Of a stretch of 64,000 bases of DNA, positions 1 to 10,784 are shown piece by piece (within the stretch, counting starts at the first letter, position 1; the number at the start of each line of letters is the position of its first letter). The notes below the pieces were generated by a model that saw only the letters and a list, made by a program, of their open reading frames with translations, was not told the DNA's origin and ran no database searches. The stretch is from Cladosporium halotolerans (Eukaryota): positions 310,001 through 374,000 of the forward strand of contig NW_027191458.1 in NCBI RefSeq assembly GCF_011745625.1, written 5' to 3'. A program made the translations under genes and the position numbers.

Positions 1-471
1 CTTGGGGGGATTGCGGGGATGTTGTGTGTTTTTGGGTAGGGCAGGGTGTAATGGTTAGGGCGTGAGTGGATGAAGTGAAGAAGCGAAGAATTGAGCGGTT
101 GACGCCGGCAATTCGATTATGGTATTCGATGATGAACAGTTTCTGAGACGATTGACGGGTAGCGAGAAAAGTACAAGAGGGAAAACATTTCCACCTACCC
201 TGATTTCTTTCACGTCCAGGCCCAGCATTCCACCAGACACAGATTGAGATTTTGGAGAGACAAAAGCGTCGAGGCAGCGATCAATGGTTAAGCGGCCAGC
301 TCGCGTCATAAACGAGGCCTCCATTTTTGCGATCTTGCTCAAGCGTAAAGGTAAAGCTCCGATAGGCCCGGATATATCCTCATGCTACGGGAAAATAGCC
401 TCGCTCTTGCGCCGTTGCCGAAACCACATTTGAATTTTGTCATCGAAAACCACAATCCACCTTCCAGCTTT

Positions 472-1341
472 TTACCTGACGATGCCCTCGAAGCGGTTCT
501 TGTACCACTTGATGACCTCGGGGGCGTTGACCTTGTGGGAAGCACCAACGCGGGTCTTCGCGCGCCTGCGGCGGGCGACACGCTCACCGGGACGGGACCT
601 TCAATCTTGTTAGTTACTGGCTCCAACCTCCACAACTCTTTCATGCACTCACATGACAACGTAGAAATCCATGCCGTAGATACCGATCGCAGGGTCGTAC
701 TTGATACCCAGGTCGATGTGCTCGGAGATACCGAAACCGAAGTTGCCGGTCTCGGAGAAGTTGCGCTTGCGGAGCTCGTACTCCTTAACCTTGAGGCCAC
801 GCTCGAGGATCTCCTCGGCCTTGGCGCCACGGACGGTGACGTGGACGGAGATCTTCTCGTTACGGCGGATACCGAAGGTACGGACGGTGTAGCGGGCCTT
901 GCCTGTCGAGGCGTTAATTTTCCATTTCCCTCATGCCATCTTCGGATATTGCCTCGTTTTTGGGCGGTGATTCGACGTACTGTAGACGGGAGTCTGACCG
1001 CTCAGCTGCTCGAGCACCTTGGCGGCACGGGTGAGCCTGTCACCGGACTCGCCGACGGAGATGTTCAGGACGAGCTTCTGGATGCGCAGCTCGCGCATGG
1101 GGTTGGCGGCCTTGTCAACGGCACCCTGGGTCTTGACATTCTGGCCGTCGGCCTGCTGCTGCGAGGACTGTCCAATGGCCTATACGTCGAGATGTGTTAG
1201 CCCGCAGTTCCTCCTCTGCAGCAATTTTCCGATCGCCAAAGTCCGTCGCATGTCCCAATCTCTTGCGCCGTTCGAGGCCAAATTTCGCTCCAATTCCATA
1301 TGCTCGAATTGTTCTGGGTGTATAGAGGGCAGTCGTACCAT
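472..1341 (-). CDS. RPL11: 60S ribosomal protein L11 (uL5); exons 1339-1341, 981-1179, 653-902, 472-598
   Basis: Spliced translation gives [59 protein letters not shown]...[27 protein letters not shown], the uL5 signature. Three GT..AG introns; the first exon is ATG only. Confidence 0.97.
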
Positions 1342-1684
1342 TTTGTTGGATTTGAGTCGTCCCGGTGGTCGTTGTTGTCGGAGTCGCTGGTGTCGAGAAG
1401 TCCGCTGGCCTGGAGAGCAAGATTTCGGGAGGAGAGTGCGCTTTGCCAAGTGCCGCTAGCAGCCCGCATGACTCGGGTGCGCGGCCGACTTGCTGCGACG
1501 AACTTCACTTTCTTCGCCAGCGGCGCGCGAGCCCATTGCATGTGATTGGCGCAGACCCTCTGCGCGCGACTGCACTTCCCGTCATTGCTACCTCGACGTC
1601 CATCAGGTCGCGCGATCAGCACCACGCCTACCTACCAAAACACCCAAGAACCCAAGTCGTGCCCAGGCACGCCCGACACCCAGC
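1342..1684. promoter_or_regulatory. Compact shared (bidirectional) promoter region of RPL11 and SmB
   Basis: Divergent start codons at 1341 (-) and 1685 (+) are separated by only 343 bp. No specific factor site was identified. Confidence 0.6.
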
Positions 1685-2471
1685 ATGTCTGCATCAAACA
1701 AGCAGGGAAAGATGGTAAGTTGCGCGCGCGCGACCCGCTCCGGCGATGCTCCATATGTTGACGGACGCAGCTGACGATGCGGACTCATAGACAGGTTTCG
1801 TAAGTGATCTCTTCATGGAGGTGTAGCCCGCCGCATGCGCTTACAATCGCGATAGATCAACCACAAGATGCGCGTCACGATGAAGGATGGAAGACAGCTC
1901 GTTGGTCAGATGCTGGCCTTCGACAAGGTATGTCTGCTCTGCCGTCGCATCTTCTTGCCTACGCTTGGTCACTGACATGATTCAGCACATGAACCTCGTC
2001 CTCGCCGACACCGAAGAGTTCCGCAGAGTGAAGCGCAAGTCTAAGGCCTCTGGCGCCCCCGGCGCGGCAGGAAGCAGCGCGCAACAAACCGTTGAAAGCG
2101 AAGAGAAGCGCGCCCTCGGTCTGGCCATCATCCGCGGCTCCAACGTAGTCTCTTGCTCCCTTGACGGACCTCCGCCCGCAGACCCCAGCGCAAGACTTGG
2201 TACCAGTGCACCTGGCGCAACCGCACCCGCAGCGATGGCAGCAGGCCCAGGTATTAGCAGACCGGCAGGAAGAGGCGCAGGTATCGGATTGCAAGGCCCG
2301 GCGGCTGGCGTCGGCGGCCCAGGATTCCCGGGCAGAGGAGGGCCTCCGCCTGGTTTCCCCCCGGGCTTCCCTCCTGGAGGTTTCGCTCCGCCGCCAGGCT
2401 TCGCCCCACCTGGAGGTGCTCCTCCCGGTTTCGCGCCCCCTCCCGGTGGCCGTGGCTTTCCTCCGCGGTAA
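1685..2471 (+). CDS. SMB1: snRNP core protein SmB; exons 1685-1714, 1791-1799, 1856-1927, 1986-2471
   Basis: Spliced MSASNKQGKM-TGF-INHKMRVTMKDGRQLVGQMLAFDK-HMNLVLADTEEFRR (Sm1 motif), then EKRALGLAIIRGSNVVS (Sm2 motif) and a Pro/Gly-rich PPGF tail typical of SmB. Confidence 0.96.
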
Positions 2472-3050
2472 TGAGTTGAGATGATGGATAACTTGCGAAG
2501 TTACGCTCGAACGGCGATGCAGGCTACCAGTCAAGCGTTTGCGACACATCTCTCTAGAACAGCGATGAGCTGAGTCTGCAACTCAGAGCACGCCATGTAC
2601 ATGGTCGGACAGCGATGTCTCAATGTGGACATTTGAAGGAAGGGAAACGCTGCAATGCGATAGCGAGGCGTTTGGCGAAAACGAAAGAAGACCTCGAAGT
2701 CAGGTCGAAGTCATGAGGTTCCACGTGAGATGGGTCACTTCGGTACTATAGCAAATGCGCAAAGTTTCAAGCGCCACAATGAAAACATACCTCGAATTGT
2801 CATTTTTATCCTCTCGCGTTTTGTTTCATTAGCTCCGGTCTTATGGAAGTATACATGCGATGTGCCCGTTGTTGCGGCGTCCTGCCCCAAAAGCCAGTCC
2901 CCACCCGCGTTTGCCGGCTCCCGCCAGCCGCATCGGAGCTGCTCGCTGCAAAGCCCAAGGTCAGCCAAATCAAACCTCACACGACTCCAGCAACAACTTT
3001 GCGCCCGCCCGACATCGCAACCCGAGCAATCGCACGCCGACGTCGACAAA

Positions 3051-3874
3051 ATGGCCGCAGCTATCAAGGCGCTCAACGCGAAGATCCGGTCCAACCCGGT
3101 CCTGGACTACTTCTGCTCCACCCGTGAGTCTCGAGCCGATTAAGAAGAGGAGGATTGGTTGCACGCATGCCGGGGCGCATTGCGCTGCTTGGGAAGATAT
3201 CAAAGCAATTGGAGAAGAGCAGGCATTGGAAGGGATGCGCGAATATTTGGCAGGGCGAATGTAGCTGACGGATGCTCAATCGCGCAGACTTCTGGGGCCC
3301 GGCCTCCAACTTCGGTATCCCCATTGCCGCCGTCATGGACACTCAGAAGGACCCCGAGATGTATGTATATCACAGCGCTTACACGACTGCTTCAATTGCG
3401 CACGCGCGGCTTGAAATGCTCAATCACAATGGGAACAGAGGCTGACCGAGACCTCAACAACAGCATCTCCGGTCCCATGACCGCCGCCCTTATCGGCTAC
3501 AGCTCCACCTTCATGCGCTACGCCATGGCCGTCTCGCCCAGAAACTACCTCCTCTTCGGTTGCCACTTGGTCAACTTCGGCGCACAGACGACTCAGGGCT
3601 ACCGCTACATCAACCACTGGCAGTACGTATACCAACGACGAGTTTGGAGGCTTGTCGAATGCTAGACAACGAAGGCGTCCGGGCACTAACCATTGATAGC
3701 ATGGGTGGCCGTGAGCAGAGACTCGAGGCCCAGGCCAAGGACGGCCTCGCCGCCGTCGAGGACAAGATCGGCCAAGCCGCAGAGAAGACCAAGGAGGGCG
3801 CGAACGCCGCCCTCAACAAGGCCGAGCAGCTCGGCTCGCAGGCCAAGAAGGAGGCCGAGAAGCTCACGAAGTAA
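3051..3874 (+). CDS. MPC1: Mitochondrial pyruvate carrier 1; exons 3051-3123, 3288-3360, 3464-3622, 3700-3874
   Basis: Spliced [65 protein letters not shown] matches the MPC1 signature; introns are canonical. Confidence 0.95.
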
Positions 3875-4463
3875 ACACGTCCGACGACAAAACGTTGGGT
3901 AGAGATTTTTGAGAGGCGGATGCAGAGAGGAAGAAAGCTTGCGTGTCTGCATACATTCTCCTGCGTTGATACACCACGAAGACGGCGCCTGTGTACATTC
4001 TCAGGGGAGCGTCTGAACTGCAGCTATTGTACAGTGCGAAGCTGCTTATCATTGTGTTCTGAAAGGGCACGATCTTCACTGTTTGCTTGGGTGGGAACAG
4101 GTATTTAGGAAATATATCCATACGGTATAGATAATTTCCGTCACCAAAAACGGCAACATGCGGCCAATGATTTCGCAACGAGGCAACGACTAATCATAGC
4201 AGACCAGAATCTCCCGTCACCAACAGGGCCCGGTAATGTTGTGCCGTTTATGCTCGACTAGCCTGAGTATTTCCCCGCTGCGGACGCTGCGGACGCTGCA
4301 GATCACCGAGGCAATACCTACGCGAGGCAGTCAGCAGGACAACATATAATCCACTTAAAAAGAGCGATGTAATGAAAGAATAATCTTGGGAATGCTCTTC
4401 TGATGACCCTGCCGACTTGATTCTCGGTTTACCGCGAGCAGAAACTCGATCGTTACACGACCA

Positions 4464-6469
4464 ATGGCGCGTAAGTGAATCGTCCCGACACGGAATTTAC
4501 CCACTCTCTGATAGAAGCATCGCAGTACCTGCCGCTGCCGCTATAGCAGGCATTACTGCTACAGCAGCGTACCTGGACGCCAAATATCACATTCGCCACG
4601 ACCTCCGAGCAGGCAGCCTCAGCAAAGCGGCCGAAGAGTCCTTCAAGTTCATCGCTGCGAGGCAAAGCGAGGACAAGCTTCTAGTCTACCACTTCCTCGA
4701 GGAATGGGCGTCGAAGGCGGGGCCTGACAACTTATTCCTGGAATCGATCTTTGAGAATCGCAGATGGACTTACAGAGAGTTCTACGAGGATGTGCAGAGA
4801 GTCGGCAACTGGCTTCTGAAGGACATGGGGATCGAAAAGGGCGAAATCGTTGCTCTTGATGGACGGAACAGCTCTAGCTACTTGCTTTTGTGGTTCGCTT
4901 TGGAAGGGATTGGAGCTTGCCCGGCTTTCATTAATAGCAATTTGACGGGAGACTCGTTGCAGCACTGCGTCAAGGTAAGTAAGACGAGTCTAGACGAGAC
5001 TTGCAAAGATCCGAAGCTGAACGTACATTAGCTGGTTGGTGCAAGATACCTGCTTGCGGAGCGAGGCATCGAACATCTCGTCGAGCCATGCAAGGAAACC
5101 TTGTCAGAGGTCAACGTGAGCATACAGTACTACGACCTCGAACTCGTCAACTCATGTCACGACCCGACACCATTGCCGGTCAGTCGAAGGTCTGGCATCC
5201 AAAACAGATCTCCGACAGCTAATCTACACGTCTGGAACGACTGGCATGCCGAAAGCGACCATGATCACCGCCGGACGCTGGATCAACACTGCTCGCGCCG
5301 TCGCGCTCTACCTGAAGCTCAAGCCAGGAGACAAAATGTACACATGTCTGCCGCTGTACCATGGCGCGGGCCAAGGTCTTTGCACGGTGCCTTCGATCTT
5401 TGCTGGGTCCGCAATTGCGATCGGAAGAAAGTTCTCTCACAAGACGTTTTGGCCTGGAGTATTCGCCAGCGGAGCCAATAGACTACAGTATGTCGGCGAG
5501 CTCTGTCGGTACTTAGTCAACGCTCCGGCTCATCCTTTGGAGAGGGAGCATAGACTTGAGGAGGCCTGGGGTAATGGCATGAGGCCCGACGTCTGGGAAA
5601 AATTTCGACAACGGTTCAACATCCCAGTCATTCACGAGCTCTACGCAGCAACCGATGGTACCGGCAGCGCGTACAACAGGAACAGAGGCGAGTTTGGGAG
5701 AAACGCCATTACAATTCGCGGGTCACTGTGGAACCACTGGAACGACGGAGGAGAAGTTCGCGCGAGGATCGACCCAGACACCGAGGACATCGTTCGCGGG
5801 AGCGACGGATTCGTCCAGAGGAGCGGTGTCGGCGAGCCAGGAGAGGTTCTGCACCGCGTCGATCCTGCTATGAAAGAAGCGGTGTTCCATGGGTACTTCG
5901 ACAACAGCGCTGCATCCGAGAAGCGATGGATGAACAATGTGTTCAAGCGCGGCGACTTGTACTTCCGCAGCGGCGACGTCATGCGGCAAGATGCAGATGG
6001 GCGGGTGTTCTTCGTCGATCGTCTTGGTGACACGTTCAGGTGGCGCTCGGAGAACGTTTCGACGAACGAAGTGGCGGATGTTGTCGGGAACTTCCATCAA
6101 ATCGACGAATGCAACGTCTACGGCGTAAGCGTGCCCAACGCTGATGGAAGGTGCGGATGTGCTGCTATTGTTCTGTCCGCTGGAGTGACGCCACAGACTC
6201 TTGATTTGGCGGGCCTCGCACAATATGCCACCGATCGGCTCCCTCGGTATGCCGTGCCTTTGTTCCTGCGAATAACGCCTGAGCTCTCATACACAGGCAC
6301 ATTCAAGATACAAAAGGGACAAGCGAAGAGGGAGGGTGTGGAGCCAGATGTCATCGCCAAGACTGGCAGCAAAGACGTACTTTACTGGCTACCGTCTGGA
6401 GCGACTTCATATCAGCCGTTCACCCAGGAGGACTGGAGGGCACTCAGGGACGGGAGAGAGAAGCTTTGA
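4464..6469 (+). CDS. FATP/Fat1-family very-long-chain acyl-CoA synthetase (AMP-binding); exons 4464-4470, 4526-4974, 5032-6469 with a +1 frame break near 5201-5204
   Basis: N-terminus MALPAAAAIAGITATAAYLDAKYHI; AMP-binding motif LIYTSGTTGMPK; further motifs YTCLPLYH, QYVGELCRYL, GNGMRPDVW and FRSGD..DRLGDTFRWRSENVST. Intact versus pseudogene status is unresolved. Confidence 0.88.
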
Positions 6470-7473
6470 GTGACAGCTCTTAACAGTGGGTAAACCCGTA
6501 GAAAGCTTGAGCGCCACAGGTCATCTTTGCGACTCCGCGGACTGCTAGTCTGCTCATTGCCGCGGACTCCTTCGTGGGCCGTGTCATTTGTAGCTAATGT
6601 GCCCAGATTACATGTCTCATTTGCTCTCTCATTTAGGCGGTGAGTTTCTGAGGCACTTTTGAAGGCACTTTCACAAAGACGCCACTCATCTTGGAGACCT
6701 CCGTATTACTTGCTCAAAGCGTGAACCAGCTCGTTTAGGGAGACATTCCGGCCACGCTCCGACACTCTCGGTCTGATTCGCCGGCAATCTGACCGCTTGA
6801 GCAAGCCAGCTCCCTAAACAAATGCGCCTTTACTGAAGTAGACGTCAACCACTGCCGACAACACCCACGCGCCACCAAGATGACGGTCTCCTGCGGCTAC
6901 GAGTAGAGGCGGTCAGACTTGTCACATTCCACCAGTAACGGTTGCCAGGTTATTTTGGATGATGCCCTGCCAAGGACTTCATAGTGCTACTTCTCTAAAA
7001 CCACCCTTCGAAGGTTGATAGTCATGACCGAAGGCCCAGGCTTCAGCACTAAACAATTCGCCTGCTTAGTGCCTTGAAAGATTCATAGCGAAGAAGGCCA
7101 TAGACCTCGGATACGAGATGCAGCTAGACATATCCTATTGATGACGGTAGGTACTAGGCACATCGCTTCATTGTACTAGTCCGCAGATCACCGTGGTAAA
7201 ATACCAACTCATTATGTATGCCCAGAATACTAGGTGGGTAATGAGCTGAGGGGTAGTCCTTGTCCGCGATCTTTGGTTCTTGGATTCTTCAAACGTCCTG
7301 GTCAGTCCGTAAATTTCCAGGATTCTGGAATGTTGTGATTGGGTTATTACTCGGGAGCAAACAGGAACTAGAGCGCAATATCCAACGCGAAACACCTCGG
7401 CCAACGCCACGGTGGAAGCAGAAGCGACTCCGCCTCCAGCGAAGCTTCTTCGGGCCAAGCCACGCTTCACATA

Positions 7474-7480
7474 TTTAGCC
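7474..7480 (-). promoter_or_regulatory. Candidate XlnR/Xyr1 binding site (GGCTAAA) upstream of the xylanase
   Basis: tttagcc at 7474-7480, ~460 bp upstream of the xylanase ATG. SYGGRG (CreA-type) matches also occur nearby. Motifs this short can arise by chance. Confidence 0.45.
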
Positions 7481-7934
7481 GAGACGCCTCTTCAGCCTCC
7501 GTGCGTGTTGTTTCTCCTTTCAGACCGGACCTCGACCGAGGCTTGGTCCAGCACCACAACGTTACACTCCTCCCTTAATCTAATGCATCACGAGTCGCCT
7601 AAGCCAGGCCGGCGATGGGTAAAGTGCAACTGGCCGCCTTAGAGGTGGATCTGCTACATCCTCACTCCGCAATTTTGTGCATGACCCCTCCAGGGTAATA
7701 TACTCGTTACGTCCGGTGTGACCAGGTGGTGTGGGTGCAAGAACCATTGATCCATGCTTTACGTGACAGGCGCTCAGGCATTATGGCTTCGACCGTAGTC
7801 TTCCATAAGGAGATAAATACCACAAGCAATCCTCCTCCAGGCAGCCCTAATCGCATCTCATCAACCCTAAGTCTTCCTGAGCATAACCCTCTCCTCAAAC
7901 CCTTGCGATCCAAGTCGGTCGGAAATCTGCAGCC

Positions 7935-9093
7935 ATGCTGATCACCAACGCCCTCGCTTTGTTCTCTGCTCTTTCGCTCGCATCTGCTGCGGCGATTCCC
8001 GATGCCAACATCGAGGAGCGTGCAGCCAGCACTGTCAACGCTGGCTTCAAGGCCAAGGGCAAGAAGTTAGTTTCTAACACCTTGTGGTGTCTGACACTCC
8101 AAACTGACTGCTTCGAAGGTACTGGGGCACTGCTGGTGACCAGGGCACTCTTTCCAATGGCGTTATCAACAACCTCGCCAAGACCCACTTCGGGCAGATC
8201 ACGCCTGAGAACTCGATGAAGTTCGATGCCACTGAGCCTTCTCGCGGCAACTTCAACTTCAATGGAGCTGACTACCTTGTCAACTGGGCCACCAGCAACG
8301 GCAAGATGATCCGCGGCCATACCCTCGTTTGGCACTCCCAGCTCCCCGGCTGGGTCAGCCAGATCCGTGACAAGAACACCTTGATTTCTGTGATGCAAAA
8401 TCACATCAGGACCGTCATGGGTCGCTACAAGGGCAAGATCTACGCCTGGGTAAGTACCTTCGACCATTTGCTTCGATTAATACGATACTGAACGACCCAG
8501 GACGTCACCAACGAGATCTTCAACGAGGACGGAACCCTCCGCAACTCCCACTGGTATCAGATCATCGGTGAGGACTACGTCCGCATCGCCTTCGAGACTG
8601 CTCGCCAGGCCGACCCGAACGCGAAGCTCTACATCAATGACTACAACCTCGACGTTGCCAACTACGGCAAGACCCAGGGTCTCATCAGATATGTCAAGAA
8701 GTGGCGTGCGGCCGGTGTCCCGATCGACGGTATTGGCAGCCAGATGGTAAGTCTTGGAGCATTCACACTCTCACGCCTGAATAAAAACTAATTGTCTTCC
8801 AGCACCTTCAGAATGGAAACGGCTGGCCTCGTTCCGACGACGTCGAGAACGCCATGAAGGCTCTCTGCGCCGCCGCTCCTGAGTGCGCCGTCACCGAGCT
8901 TGACATTGCCGGTGCCTCTGCCTCCGACTACCAGAAGGCCAAGAACTCGTGCCTTAATGTTAGCAACTGTGTCGGTATCACCAGCTGGGGCGTCACTGAC
9001 AACACCTCTTGGCGCGCCTCCTCCTCCCCTCTGCTCTTCGATGGCAACGGAAACGCGAAGGTCGCGTACACTTCTCTCCTTCAGTCTCTGTAG
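7935..9093 (+). CDS. Secreted GH10 endo-1,4-beta-xylanase without CBM; exons 7935-8065, 8119-8449, 8501-8746, 8803-9093
   Basis: Signal peptide and propeptide (IEER); motifs [37 protein letters not shown] (acid/base Glu), KLYINDYN and VTELDI (nucleophile Glu). Confidence 0.97.
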
Positions 9094-9703
9094 ATTAATT
9101 GGCAGAGGAAGTTGGAACCGGGTTGAGGGAACACAGGCAGACCGATAGCTTTCAGAATCAATTGATTTTCGTTCGGGATTCGTTTGACTACTAGTCATCA
9201 CTTGAAGTTGGCTCAGACAGTTCCATCTCATCGATCGCTGGTACCTTTTGCGAATCTCCTGACCAAAAAGAAGACTCCGACGAACACATCTGATTGATTT
9301 TAAATAATAGTCAAGACAATGCCTGATTCTGTGAAAACCGTACGAGCGACGCTCGATGGTACAACAAACGCCGCGCAGCTCTGTTCTTCCGATTGGAAAA
9401 GGAACGGCGCGGCTTTTGAGAATGTTCCTCAAATGAAACGGTGATCAGTGGACAGAGATTGAATTCATCGCCCCAGTGAACTGAGGCATTCTTTGATCCC
9501 ATCCAGGCTGTCAGACTTCAGATGCTCACAAATCCACAATGCTTGTCATCAACAGCAGCTTCCCCACTTGCTGAGTGAGCGGAGCCGACGATTTCCATCG
9601 AGCTCATCAACCACCACTCCTCACCATCAAATAAACCAAGAAACTCTCTGTCCACACACCTTGACCAAATCATAGCTACTACCAGGACGAAGAGTCTTTC
9701 AAT

Positions 9704-10680
9704 ATGCCACCCCCTTCAGCCGCCAAAACGTGAGTCTCCCACCACGCAACAACCCTTCTCTCCAGCCCTTCATCGCCACACCACTAACACCACCCCAAAG
9801 CCTCCCCGAACTCGCCCTCAAACTCGCCTCCTCCGGCCCCGTCAAAACCCTCCCAACTCCTCGCCTGATTCGCGTGCTCTTCAACGGCCAATTCATCGCC
9901 TCCACAACATCAGCCCTCTTCGTCTGGGAACACCCGTACTACCCGCAATACTACCTGCCCGCCGCCGCGCTCCTCAACTCCCCAACCAAACCCAAAGACT
10001 TCTCCGCAACCCAGGGCGAACCCATCAAAGACTCATCCGGCACCACCATCGCGCACACCTACACCCTCGCCGTCGGCACCCGCTCCACATCCGCCTGCTT
10101 CATCTTCACCGACAACCTCTCCGGCCCCGCCAAAGAACTCAAAGGCCTCGCGAAAATCGACTTCTCCGCCGCCGACAGGTGGTTCGAGGAAGCCGCGCCC
10201 ATATCCGTGCACCCGAAAGACCCCTTCAAGCGCGTCGACACGCTGCCCTCGCGCAGACGCATCCAGGTCTTCGTGCACGACGTGAAAGTGGCCGACACGA
10301 CGGCCTCGGTGCACCTGTTCGAGACGGGCCTGCCGTGCCGGTTCTACATGCCGCTGACGGACGTGGAATTGGGGGTTCTGAGGCGCAGCGAGACCCGGAC
10401 GCAGTGTCCGTATAAAGGCGAGGCGGAGTATTACTCGGTGGATGTGGGGAAGGGAGAGGGAGGGGTGGCGCGGGATGTGGTTTGGTTTTATGAGAGGCCT
10501 ACGTTGGAGTGTGCGAAGATTGAAGGTGAGGTCGATCATTGACATTCTCCCATTCATTCACCCGTGAAGGAATGCATGCTGACTAGCTTGCTTGTAGGGC
10601 TTGTTTGCTTCTACAACGAGAAAGTGAAGATCAAGGTCGACGACGAGTGGCTGGAGCAGCCAAAGACACCCTTCAGTTGA
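9704..10680 (+). CDS. Tandem DUF427-domain protein; exons 9704-9729, 9801-10525, 10598-10680
   Basis: Two related halves (IRVLFNGQFIAST..VWEHPYYPQYY and IQVFVHDVKVADT..LFETGLPCRFY..TQCPYKGEAEYYSV), linked by WFEE..HPKDPFKRVD; C-terminal GLVCFYNEKV. Confidence 0.88.
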
Positions 10681-10784
10681 GCGACGCGCTGCGATCATAA
10701 CGATGCAATGTAATGCGAGCAATGACTGCGGCCAATAACCAAAATGAATAATAGCCAATACCATACGAGCATCTAATCAGCCCA

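Noticed and set aside
382..1200. 272-aa + strand ORF
   Set aside because: Antisense shadow of the codon-biased RPL11 gene.
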